A stretch of 62,978 nt of DNA, the filler included, from Stramenopiles sp. TOSAG23-3 (taxonomy: Eukaryota), in NCBI GenBank assembly GCA_900128585.1. It is 8 parts of 8 records of this genome, joined end to end, with 100 filler letters (N's around TTAATTAATTAA, not from the genome) between each part and the next. Parts side by side here need not be neighbours in the genome. Positions count along the whole stretch, not along the records: positions 41,634 to 55,367 come from LT642609.1; 7 more parts are not named here. The stretch is one strand, 5' to 3'. The notes below the pieces were generated by a model. The model was not told the DNA's origin. It saw only the letters and a list, made by a program, of their open reading frames with translations, and ran no database searches. Made by a program: the position numbers and the translations under genes. Of the stretch, positions 42,540 through 52,708 are shown piece by piece; the first letter of the stretch is position 1, and every line of letters begins with the position of its first letter.

Positions 42540-45500
42540 ATGGCCACTATCGCCGCCCGCCTTCCCGTGTCTTCCGCCCGTGGGGTATTGGCGCTTTTGG
42601 ACGACGAGGACAACCGTATCAGGGCCAAGGCCCTTAAGATCTTGCACCCTCTCGTCGACACTTTTTGGGTAGAGATTGCAGAGAAAGTGGAGACCATCGA
42701 GATCCTTTCGGAGAGCGAAGACTTTGAAGATAGAGAGCTTGCCGCGGCGGTCGCGTCCAAGTGCTTCTACCACTTGGAGGACTACGACGTGGCCCTCAAC
42801 CTTGCGCTCGGCGCGGGGGGGCACTTTGACATCAACGCAAAGACGCAGTACGTAGAAACCATGCTTGCCCGGGGGGTGGACCGGTACATCCAGATTCAGA
42901 ACGACGGGGAAGGGGCCGACGCCGACGAACGGCTGGGGAAGATCATGGAGAAAATGTTCGAACGGTGCTTCACCGACGGGTCCTACAAGCAGGCCCTGGG
43001 GATCGCGCTCGAGTCCATGCGCCTCGACGTCGTCGAAAATTCGATCACCCAGAGCGACGACGTCCCGGAGATGCTTCGCCACACTTTTTCCGTCGCCCAG
43101 TCGACCATTTCGAAGCGAAAGTTCCGGCACGAAGTGCTGCGGATCATCGTCCGCCTCCACCGGGAGGCGGCCGAGTGCGACTACGTCAGCCTATGCCAGT
43201 GCCTGCAGGCGCTCGACGACGCCGCGAACGTCGCGGAGATCTTGCAGATCCTGGTCTCGTCCGACAACGAGGCCTTCCACCTGATGGCCTACCAGGTCGG
43301 CTTCGACCTGTGCGAGAACGAGAACCAAGAGTTCCTGCTGAACGTCGAGAAGGCCCTCCCGCGCACCCCCCTCGAGCGCAAGATGGCTGCGGAGGCCGCC
43401 GCGAAGGAGGCCGCCGGGGACGACGACGCGGAGCCCAAGCCGGATGAGGAGCCCGCGGAGGTGCCGGCCGGCGACCTCCCGGAGTCGGACGACGACCCGG
43501 TGTGGGGGCGAATGAAGCAGATGCGCGCCATCCTGGTGGACGGGGTGTCCGTCGACCTGTACCTTGACTTTTTGTACCGCAACAACAAGGCGGACCTGCT
43601 CCTTCTGAAGAAGTTCAAAGACGGCCTTCCCAAGAAGAACAGCGTCCTGCACGGGGCGACAATCACCTGCCACGCCTACATGCACTGCGGGACCACGGTG
43701 GACATCTTCCTCCGAAAGAACTTGGAGTGGCTTGGGGAGGCCTCCCTCTGGGCGCGGTTCAGCGCCATTGGGAGCCTGGGCGTCGTGCACAAGGGGCATT
43801 TGGGCGAGAGCATGAACCTGCTGCGGCCGTACCTCCCGCAGGGTGGGATGACGACGGCGCCGTACCAGGAGGGAGGGGCCCTGTACGCGCTGGGGCTGAT
43901 CCACGCGAACAAGGGTGGCCGCGGCGAGGCCAAGGTCACGTCGTTCTTGAAGGACGCCATCGAGACGTCCAACGCGAACGACAACGAGAAGGCCCGGGAG
44001 GTCGTCCAGCACGGGGCGGCCCTGGGCCTGGGCCTTGCGGCCATGGCGACCGCCGACGAGGGGCTTTACGCCCTGCTGCGGAACACCATGTACAACGACA
44101 GCGCCGTCGCGGGGGAGGCCGCGGCGATCTCGATTGGGCTCGTCATGCTCGGAAAGGCGAACGAGACCGCCATCACGGAAATGCTCCAGTACGCGCACGA
44201 GACCAAGCACGAGAAGATCATCCGCGGGGTCGCCCTCTGCATCGCGCTGAACATGTTCGGCCGCGAGGATACCGCGGACGCCCTGATCGACCAGCTCACT
44301 GGGGACAAGGACTACATCCTCCGGAGCGGGGCCATGTGGACCATTGCCATGGCCTACGCGGGCACGACGAACAACAGCGCCATCCGCAGGCTCCTGCACG
44401 TGGCGGTGAGCGACGTCAACGATGACGTCCGCCGTACCGCGGTCATGGCGCTGGGCTTCGTCATGTTCCGAAGCCCGGACGAGGTGCCGCAGCTCGTGTC
44501 CCTGCTCTCCGAGTCGTACAACCCGCACGTCCGGTACGGCTCGTGCATGGCGGTCGGGATCGCGTGCGCCGGCCAGCCCTCCAAGGCCGCCCTGGACCTG
44601 GTCACCCCGATGCTCGAGGACCCAGTCGACTTCGTGCGTCAAGGCGCCCTGCTGGCCTTGTCCCTCATGCTGATGCAAGAGAACGCCACCCGCTCCGAGG
44701 AGGCGAGCAAGCTGCGGGAGAAGGTGATGAAAGTCCTGACGGACCCGACCTACTCAAAGCACCAGCCCACGATGGCCAAGTTCGGCGCGCTAATCGCGGC
44801 TGGCATTTTAGACGCCGGTGGGCGCAACATGTGCGTCGCGCTGACCTCCCGCTCGGGATTTTTGAGAATGGGCGCCGTCGTCGGGCTGTGCGTGTGGTGC
44901 CACCATTGGTACTGGCACCCCCTCCTTCATTTTTTCAGCCTTACACTCGCGCCAACCGCCGTGATTGGTGTCAACAAGGAAATGAAGATTCCAGGGTCGT
45001 TTAAGCTGAAGTGCGACGCGAAACCCTCCCTTTTTGCTTACCCAGATCCGTTGGAGGAAGAGAAAGAGGAGAAGAAGGAGCGCGTTGCCACGGCCGTGCT
45101 GAGCATAACGTCCAAGGCCAAAGCCAAGGCCGCGAAGAAGAAGAAAGACGAGGGGGGCGAGGCAATGGACGTGGACGAGGACAAGAAGAAAGAAGAAGAG
45201 GCGGCGAAGAAGAAGAAGGACGAGGAGGAGGAGAAGAAGAAGAAGGAGGAAGCCGAGAAGGCGAAGGTGCCGGAGCCCAGCACCTTCGAGCTGAGCAACC
45301 CGTGCCGTGTCACGTACGCGCAGCAGTCGTGCATGTCCTTTATTCCAGACCAGCGTTACCGTCCAGTCAGGCGCGATTTGAATGCCAATCGTAACTTGGG
45401 GGTGCTTGTCCTCACGGACAGCCTTCCAGGGGAGAAAGACGAAGACCTGCGGGACATCAAGGCGCCCCCGACGATCGGAGAAGACGGGCCAGAACCAGAG

Positions 45501-45545
45501 GCGCCGGAACCCTTCGAATGGGTCCCACCCGAGTACCGCTCGTAA
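42540..45545 (+). CDS. RPN2: 26S proteasome regulatory subunit Rpn2/PSMD1
   Basis: SARGVLALLD..FWVEI, AAAVASKCFYHL, PC repeats (GGALYALGLIH, HETKHEKIIRG, LLHVAVSDVNDDVRR, SESYNPHVRYG), ILDAGGRN, EPEAPEPFEW. Confidence 0.98.
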   Translation: MATIAARLPVSSARGVLALLDDEDNRIRAKALKILHPLVDTFWVEIAEKVETIEILSESEDFEDRELAAAVASKCFYHLEDYDVALNLALGAGGHFDINAKTQYVETMLARGVDRYIQIQNDGEGADADERLGKIMEKMFERCFTDGSYKQALGIALESMRLDVVENSITQSDDVPEMLRHTFSVAQSTISKRKFRHEVLRIIVRLHREAAECDYVSLCQCLQALDDAANVAEILQILVSSDNEAFHLMAYQVGFDLCENENQEFLLNVEKALPRTPLERKMAAEAAAKEAAGDDDAEPKPDEEPAEVPAGDLPESDDDPVWGRMKQMRAILVDGVSVDLYLDFLYRNNKADLLLLKKFKDGLPKKNSVLHGATITCHAYMHCGTTVDIFLRKNLEWLGEASLWARFSAIGSLGVVHKGHLGESMNLLRPYLPQGGMTTAPYQEGGALYALGLIHANKGGRGEAKVTSFLKDAIETSNANDNEKAREVVQHGAALGLGLAAMATADEGLYALLRNTMYNDSAVAGEAAAISIGLVMLGKANETAITEMLQYAHETKHEKIIRGVALCIALNMFGREDTADALIDQLTGDKDYILRSGAMWTIAMAYAGTTNNSAIRRLLHVAVSDVNDDVRRTAVMALGFVMFRSPDEVPQLVSLLSESYNPHVRYGSCMAVGIACAGQPSKAALDLVTPMLEDPVDFVRQGALLALSLMLMQENATRSEEASKLREKVMKVLTDPTYSKHQPTMAKFGALIAAGILDAGGRNMCVALTSRSGFLRMGAVVGLCVWCHHWYWHPLLHFFSLTLAPTAVIGVNKEMKIPGSFKLKCDAKPSLFAYPDPLEEEKEEKKERVATAVLSITSKAKAKAAKKKKDEGGEAMDVDEDKKKEEEAAKKKKDEEEEKKKKEEAEKAKVPEPSTFELSNPCRVTYAQQSCMSFIPDQRYRPVRRDLNANRNLGVLVLTDSLPGEKDEDLRDIKAPPTIGEDGPEPEAPEPFEWVPPEYRS

Positions 45546-45792
45546 ACGAGAGGAAATCCTGGGCGCGGCGTGGTGCTTCTGTTTTGCCGGCGAATCCCTG
45601 GGCCACTCTTGGTCTCACGTGTTTTGGTTCTAAAACAATTGCTTCGCACGCCGAGCTCGCGGACAACTGTTATAACACCTACTTCGTATTTATTTGTGAG
45701 AAGGCATATTCAAAAATATACGAAGTACGTCTATATATTCATCAGCTTAAGAGTAATTCGTACTTAAACATATGAAAAAAACAAATTATATA

Positions 45793-45842
45793 GTACGAAG
45801 AAGCTAGATTTAATTACTTAAATAACAGCCAATTTTCTTGTT
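45793..45842 (+). repeat. Conserved ~50-bp 3'-intergenic element, copy 5 (full)
   Basis: GTACGAAGAAGCTAGATTTAATTACTTAAATAACAGCCAATTTTCTTGTT; two differences from copy 1. Confidence 0.92.
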
Positions 45843-46343
45843 AATAACCATAACATATGATATGACGATAATATGTTAAAAGCTTTTTAAAAGAACTTCG
45901 CACATTTCGAAAACATTTCATTTGTGGGGTCCTGTTATTTTTTGTGCCTTCTAAAAAAAAATTCAAGATTTTACTAAGTTTAGTTGCACGCGTGCGGTAG
46001 AACGCACACAACAATGGTTTAAAAGAATAAAGGCACTTTACACGTATGTATATCTAGATTAGATTTTTATAACGGCGCGTTGGCGTTGGCGGCGGGAGTG
46101 TTACTGAAAACGACCCCCGCTGCAAACCAAGGTGTTACTGAAAACGACCTCGATGCGACCGTACGCCTCGGCCCATCATCCAGACCCCACGACACACACA
46201 CTGCACGAGAGAGTTATCCCCCTTAAAGCGCTTATTCTTTCTTGTTTTCTACTGCAATGTTCCATTCCCCACTGTTTCCGAGGTGCAGATGTGAAACACA
46301 AAAAGGCACTTGGGGCGGCTGCAGCACGTTCAAAATAACAAGT

Positions 46344-47252
46344 TTACAATTTCATGTCGAAGCCCAGGCCGAATTTGGCGTCGTTTTGAAGGTTGTTGAA
46401 GTCAATTTCGGTTTGTAGGGTCAAGGAGGCGCCGCCGTTCAGCGCTTGGGTAAGTTTGAAGCTACCAACGGCATTTTGGTCGATTTGGATCTTCGTGGAC
46501 ATGTCCGCGTTGTTTTGGAATTCGGCACCAACCTTGACGTTGAATGCACGCTCTTTGATGGACCCGCCCTTTCCTTGGGAGAAGGTGGCCCCCCACTTGG
46601 TGTCGGAACTGGCGTTGTTGAAGATGCTAGCGCTGAGCATGTTGTCCTTTCCTGGTTGGCCAACCTGCAATACCATGTCGGTGTCGCTGGTCTTGTAGGC
46701 AAGTCCTACATTGTAATCGTCCATGCTGGTGGCACCACCTTCGCCACCGAACGGGCTTGGGAAGTTAACCTCGGCGTCACCACCGAACTGGAAGTTGTCC
46801 ATGGTGTAGCAGAACTCTGGGGTGAAGCATACAACGTCGTTGTCGCCGTTCTTGGCGAGGAAGTCGAAGTCCGCGGAGGCACTCATGTCGCCCTGTGCGA
46901 ATTCGAAGCCGATGGCGGCCTTCTCGTTGTTCTTCTTTCCGGCGAGCCACTTGGCGGTTCCCATGGTGAAGGCACTGGTGATGTTTACGTTATCAACGCC
47001 ACTTGCGCAGTTGGCTTCGACCTTGACGGAGCCGTCACTGACGATGTCGATCTTGGAGAAGTTTACACCGGAGCTGTGCTTGAACTTGGAGTTCAACTTG
47101 CAGGTGGTGGACCCACCTTTCATGGAGGTGGTTGCTTTCAAGGCCATACCATTGTTGGTCTTGGACGACATGGTGAAGCTTTTCTCGTTGGTGGCGAATG
47201 CCTTTTTGCCGAGAAGGCCGTCGACTTTTTTATCCATATCACTGTAAGACAT
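46344..47252 (-). CDS. VDAC: Mitochondrial porin (voltage-dependent anion channel)
   Basis: 302 aa; N-terminal YSDMDKKVDGLL helix, alternating beta-strands, DYNVGLAY, C-terminal beta-signal KFGLGFDMKL; strong codon bias. Confidence 0.85.
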   Translation of the reverse strand: MSYSDMDKKVDGLLGKKAFATNEKSFTMSSKTNNGMALKATTSMKGGSTTCKLNSKFKHSSGVNFSKIDIVSDGSVKVEANCASGVDNVNITSAFTMGTAKWLAGKKNNEKAAIGFEFAQGDMSASADFDFLAKNGDNDVVCFTPEFCYTMDNFQFGGDAEVNFPSPFGGEGGATSMDDYNVGLAYKTSDTDMVLQVGQPGKDNMLSASIFNNASSDTKWGATFSQGKGGSIKERAFNVKVGAEFQNNADMSTKIQIDQNAVGSFKLTQALNGGASLTLQTEIDFNNLQNDAKFGLGFDMKL

Positions 47253-48134
47253 GTTTGAACCGTTTGTTTTGTTTTTTGAAAGTTTGGTTTTGCGTTTATT
47301 TTAACGAAGAATTTATGATACCGTTTTACATACAACTTTAAAATTGTGCTGGAACAAACAAACGTTCGGTTTTCATTCCTTCAACACTAACACTCATTCT
47401 CTCTCTCTCTCAAACTACTTCAGACTTGTTCATTTATTGCTTTGCTTGCACACTCTTCTACTTGAACTTTCTATTTTTTAATTAAATAGACATACCATAG
47501 TCTTCAAATCAACAAAAGAAATAAAATCTATTTTATTAAATATAGAAATATGGCCATAGCATAGAAATCGTAATATTTGTTATCCTTTTGGATCGATCAT
47601 TTCATAAATATTACATTATAAGTATATATATATTGTATTGTTTGTATTTTAATTTACCTATTTATTACTTTCTGCGCACTGTTCTTCATAAAAGAAGAAG
47701 GAAAAAAAAATAATTTTGTTGAAAGAAATAACGACGATGTTGAATAATGTTGTCGTTAATATATTTAAATATCTATTGTATTTATATATTACAATATTGT
47801 TGTAAAATTATTTGTAAAAATAAAAAAAGCTCTAAAATAAATCGAATAATCGAAGAGAGATTTTTAAGTCATAGAAACAACAAACCATTTTTTAAATCTA
47901 GGAAGTACCTGCTATTGTCATCCTATTTTTCTTTTAACTCCTACTCTTTCTGGAAGTCGAGAGCTATAATAAAAGTACGATCGAAGAAAAAATAATTTAT
48001 ATAGAAATACCATTGTATTTGATCTGATCATCGGTGAGGAAATTTTAACAAGTGGTGTGTGTATATAGTCTCGTCTATTCTACTTGAAATAAGATACCTT
48101 CAATGTAAGTGACAATAGAAGATGACCTTCTGTT

Positions 48135-48202
<68 letters not shown>

Positions 48203-48422
48203 TTTTTTTGTTTACTTCGTTCGTCGTCGTTTAGATTAAATAAATAAATACTAAACACTAAACACATAACTGTGTGTTGTGTGACGTCCCCATTACTCTT
48301 CCTATTACGTAGCAAGTATTTTAGTCGTCTAGTTAATACTTATTTAGAACCAATGCTGTTGATAGTTCGTCTTACTTGTTTTAATGTTTGTTTACCTGAA
48401 TGAAACAAAGCACCGGATTCAG

Positions 48423-48518
48423 TTAATTTTCTGCTCTACAGTAAACAGGATCACTATTAATTTTTTGTTCTTATTTAATTTTCTGCTCTACAGTAAACAG
48501 GATCACTATTAATTTTTT
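48423..48518 (+). repeat. Local tandem duplication (44-bp identical unit, 52-bp period)
   Basis: TTAATTTTCTGCTCTACAGTAAACAGGATCACTATTAATTTTTT at 48423 and 48475. Confidence 0.9.
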
Positions 48519-49224
48519 TCCCTTTTTTTTCTTCTTTTTTTTCTTCTTTTCTTTCTTCTTTTCTTTCTTCTTTTCTTTCTTCTTTTCTTTCTTTTTTCTT
48601 CTCAGAACCAAGAATTGATAAGATTACATAGCATAGGATATCGTAAAAATATTTTTTTTAAATAAATAGAGACGAGAGCTTTCTCTTCGAATAAATTAAA
48701 TATTCTGTGGATGGAGGGGGATGAATCTTCCTAGTACAATAAGCACATTATTCATAGGTGTGTTATGTATTTAAATAAAATATGAGAAGATACGGTGTGA
48801 TATTAAATAAATAGATGTGGAGTGGTGAAAGAAGACAATGCAATGGACGATGGACAATTGTTATTTTGAAATATTTTTTATTTGAATTGAACTGAAATAA
48901 AGAAAAAGAGTATTTTAGTCAAGTCACACAGGTATAATACGCTACAGTGTACACTATGAAGGCTAATACGAATAGAATGAAATATAATAAATAATACACC
49001 ACAGAGTACGAACAGCAGAGTCTTCTTCAAGTACATTTATTCCAACTATAATTATAAATATATAAATTATAATAGGAAGAATAGGTAAATTAATGGTACT
49101 ACTAATACTATATATTATAATCAGTATTTTGTATTTACATAGGTAATATAAATAAAGTATATGTATAAATCCTACTAACAGTCTTAAAACATACTATCAT
49201 TAGTTTTATTATCATATCATAAAT

Positions 49225-49247
49225 ATAACAGCCAATTTTTCGTTTTT
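49225..49247 (+). repeat. Conserved 3'-intergenic element, copy 6 (partial)
   Basis: ATAACAGCCAATTTTTCGTTTTT, about 140 bp past the stop of the minus-strand coiled-coil gene. Confidence 0.6.
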
Positions 49248-49385
49248 ATTTATTATAGATTGCCGCCATGCCCATCTCTGTACCGATGCACATGCTTACG
49301 CAGCCAATTGTTTCTTTGTGCGGTGCAACTCGTTCAGCAGTGTTGCGACTTGACGGGCACCAGCGCATCCATTGTCTCTCATCTT

Positions 49386-51791
49386 TCACAGGAGGCGCCG
49401 TTCTTGGATGACCTGTTCCGTGTTCATGGTGTACATGGACTCCGGGCGGACAGGGCTTGGACGGGCGTAGGAGTGCTCCGTGCTCGCTCTGCTCGATGTG
49501 AGCCTGGGCGGAGGCATCGTGACGGACGACCGTTCGATGCTGCCCAAGTGCCCAGTGGATGCGCTGTACCCCATGGGCTTCAACCGCTTCGATGCGGCCC
49601 TTCGCCGTCGGACAGTTTTCCTCATGGTGCTTTTGTTTATCTTTTCGTTGTACAGTCTCGCCACACTGGTGTCTTCTTTCCCCCACGAATCTCGGCCGTC
49701 GTTGTTCCTCAGTGGCCCGTACCCATCCCTTGGGACGGCGGCTCGGTTCCGGTCCTGCACCGGCCGGAGGGCCCCCGCACGGCGCAACGGGTGGGCGCCC
49801 ACGTTCAGCATGGGCCCGCCGAACATGCGGGCCTCGATGACGGCTTGCTGGTGCTGCGTTGCGTACGGCAAGTTGCCGTGCTTGTGCGTGGGCTTTTTCG
49901 ACAAGCCCTGAATCTCTTGGTTGCACATCAAACACTTCAGTCCCGCCGACGATTTCCCCGCCTCCTCGGCCTCTATCTTGATCTGGTTCACTATGTTGAC
50001 GACGTCGTTCTTTGTGGTCCGGTTCTCTAAGTTTTCTTGCAAGCCGTTCACGGCGTCGGTGACGGGGGCAATCTCGGTCTCGATTTTCTCGAAGGCCTCC
50101 TTCACGACTTCTTCCCCGGCCTTCTTCGACAGCTCCACCTTGACCCCGTTCAGGTCCGTTATAAGGGAGTTGTTCTGCTTCCTCACGCGAGTACTCAACG
50201 ACCCAAACATCCCTTCTATCTCTTGGTTTTTCTGCCGGTTCTTCTCGGTCTGCTGCTGCAAGATTTTCTCTAGGTTGTCCAGGGCCGCCTTGGTCCGTTT
50301 CTCGCCCTCGCCGTCCTTGTTCTTGTCCGCCAACGCCTTCCTCCGAATGGCGTCGATCGCGGCCCGGAGGAGGTCCATCTGCTCCATTTCGCTCGCCAAT
50401 TTCTCCCTGGTCGCCCGGGCCTCCTTCGAGAGCGCTTCGTTCGTCTCCCGCATCCCTGTCAACCGGGACTCCAAGGCACGCACTTCCCCCTTCACGGGCT
50501 GGACCTCCTGCTCTATGTCCGACAGTTTCAGCTGCTTCTGCTCCACGGTCTCTAGCTTTTGGTCGACCTGTACCATGGCCTTGTCCAGCTGCTCCTCCTT
50601 CAAGAACCCGGTCAGGTCGATTTCGGGGGGCTTCGCTTCCTCGATCTTCTTCTCTAGCTCGGTGCACTTTTGGTTCGTTTCTGTGATTGAGGACCCTAGC
50701 GTTGTTACGTGTGTTGCGATTTGATCCTCGACCGTTTTGATCCGCTCCTCCTGCTGCTTCTCGATCTCCTCCCGGAGCGTCGACAGTTTGAGCAGGGTCT
50801 CTTGAAGGCTTGCGATCTGGTCTACTGCGGCGCTGACGGTCTCGTTTATTGCCTCCGTTTCCACTTTGTCCGCTTTCTTCTCGACCTCTTTCCATATCTT
50901 CTCCATGAGCACGTCCAACGTGTCGTCGTCCTCCTTTTCCTCCTCGAGGCGGTTGATCTGCTCCTCGAGGCGCTTCAGCCGGTTGGCCAGCGCATCCCCC
51001 GTTTTCACGCGTTTCTTTGACATGTCCATCATCGCCCGGAACAGCTTGTTGTGTCGGTACGTTTTCCACGCCCTTTGGATCATCTTTGCCGCGTGCTTTT
51101 GCGTGATTTTATCGTACTCTCCAGCCGTGTTTGGGGTCATTGCGCCTTTCCGTTTCTCTGCCTCCTCCGCATTCGCCTCCGGCCCCTTGCTTTCCTTTTC
51201 CGTCGCAATTGTCGGCGGGGAATTGCTGATCGCTTCGCCATGCTCATCCGCAAAGCTGACGCGCGAGGCTGGGCGGGCGACTGGGTCTTCCTCGCCGCTG
51301 ACGGCCAACTTCCCCTTCGCTTCGTCGATTTGTTTGGACGCCCTGTCCGCCTCGGACTCGGCTTCCCCAGAAAACCCTTGGATGTTAAACACCAGGGTGT
51401 TGACGGTCGACATCAGGTCCTTTACGGTGGGCGCGATGGTCGACGCGAACTGCTCCAGGGCAGTGACCCGGTCCATGACGGTCTGCAGTTTCACCGCAAG
51501 CTGCTCGTTGGAACTGCCTACTTTGTCGATCCTTTCACTCCCCACTTCTATTTGTGTCACCATCTGCTTCAAGGCCGTGCCGGTCCCGATCATGCTTTGT
51601 GCAATTTCGTGGTTGATTTTTTGCCATATGTCCTTGTTCTCTGCGCCGGGGTCCTCGCCCTTCTTGTCTCCCAACGGCGACCCGAGCCATTTCTCCGGAC
51701 TCTGGTCCAGCATTACAACGATGTCATCTGGTGCATCGTCTTTCGTCTCGGTCAAATTGAATGTATTTTCTATGATTTCTGAACTAGCCAT
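49386..51791 (-). CDS. Long coiled-coil protein with an IQ motif and a C-terminal CxxC (possibly QRICH2/DUF4795-like)
   Basis: IQ motif AAKMIQRAWKTY, E/K-rich heptads with KKAD/KKAG motifs, KCLMCNQ. ATG at 51791. Family call is tentative. Confidence 0.75.
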   Translation of the reverse strand: MASSEIIENTFNLTETKDDAPDDIVVMLDQSPEKWLGSPLGDKKGEDPGAENKDIWQKINHEIAQSMIGTGTALKQMVTQIEVGSERIDKVGSSNEQLAVKLQTVMDRVTALEQFASTIAPTVKDLMSTVNTLVFNIQGFSGEAESEADRASKQIDEAKGKLAVSGEEDPVARPASRVSFADEHGEAISNSPPTIATEKESKGPEANAEEAEKRKGAMTPNTAGEYDKITQKHAAKMIQRAWKTYRHNKLFRAMMDMSKKRVKTGDALANRLKRLEEQINRLEEEKEDDDTLDVLMEKIWKEVEKKADKVETEAINETVSAAVDQIASLQETLLKLSTLREEIEKQQEERIKTVEDQIATHVTTLGSSITETNQKCTELEKKIEEAKPPEIDLTGFLKEEQLDKAMVQVDQKLETVEQKQLKLSDIEQEVQPVKGEVRALESRLTGMRETNEALSKEARATREKLASEMEQMDLLRAAIDAIRRKALADKNKDGEGEKRTKAALDNLEKILQQQTEKNRQKNQEIEGMFGSLSTRVRKQNNSLITDLNGVKVELSKKAGEEVVKEAFEKIETEIAPVTDAVNGLQENLENRTTKNDVVNIVNQIKIEAEEAGKSSAGLKCLMCNQEIQGLSKKPTHKHGNLPYATQHQQAVIEARMFGGPMLNVGAHPLRRAGALRPVQDRNRAAVPRDGYGPLRNNDGRDSWGKEDTSVARLYNEKINKSTMRKTVRRRRAASKRLKPMGYSASTGHLGSIERSSVTMPPPRLTSSRASTEHSYARPSPVRPESMYTMNTEQVIQERRLL

Positions 51792-52183
51792 CGGGAATGC
51801 CAGGAAGTCGTCCAAATATCACATGCGCAATGAACGAACCATGTATTTAATCGTAAATATTTTCGTAGGTCTCTTTAACTTTTCATAATCTATCAGGAAT
51901 TCATTATTATTGATGTATTTTATAGTACTATTTTTTTATCATATTATATATATGTACATTATAGTCGTCTTTTCTTCTTCTATATTTATTATATAAAAAA
52001 TATAATAAATATATATAAATACAATCAACAACGTGTGTGACTCAGAACTCAGAGAGGAGGATAGGAGAATGGAATCTTCTTTTGTAGTTGTGTTGATTTA
52101 TTTTTTTTATTAGAGTAAATCATCATCACTCACACAGCATTATTAATAATAATTAAAAACGGATAAATAAATATTATAATAAA

Positions 52184-52422
52184 AAGAAGAAGAAGAAGAA
52201 GAAAGAAGAAGAAGAAGAAGAAGAAGAAGAAGAAGAAGAAGAAGAAGAAGAAGAAGAAGNNNNNNNNNNNNNNNNNNNNNNAGAAGAAGAAGAAGAAGAA
52301 GAAGAAGAAGAAGAAGAAGAAAGAAGAAGAAGAAAGAAGAAGAAAGAAGAAGAAGAAGAAGAAAAAGAAGAAGAAGAAGAAGAAGAAGAAGAAGAAGAAG
52401 AAGAAGAAGAAAAAGAAGAAAG
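52184..52422 (+). repeat. (GAA)n microsatellite with an internal 22-N gap, between divergent genes
   Basis: Read directly; a similar degenerate array lies at 60896-61076. Confidence 0.95.
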
Positions 52423-52708
52423 AATGCTTCTTTTCTTTTTTGTTTTGTTGTTGTAGTAGTAGTCCTCGTCTTCTCTATAATTATAATAATTTCGTTCTTT
52501 TTTTTGTTTTATTTTCTTATATTATTATTGTCTATATATAACCCAGGGTATATACTAATGTATTGGAACTATTGTGGTAGTCTGTGAGCTGCTTGATAAT
52601 CTGTTTCATGGGATGACGTGCGTGGCATTAGAAACATTCGCACAGGTTGCTTGAACGAGCTTGAATTCCCAAGGCTGTCGCGGGTACATTTAACCCAACG
52701 AACGCATC

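Noticed and set aside
46098..46149. 18-bp direct repeat GTGTTACTGAAAACGACC downstream of VDAC
   Set aside because: Single local duplication with no other copies or element structure.
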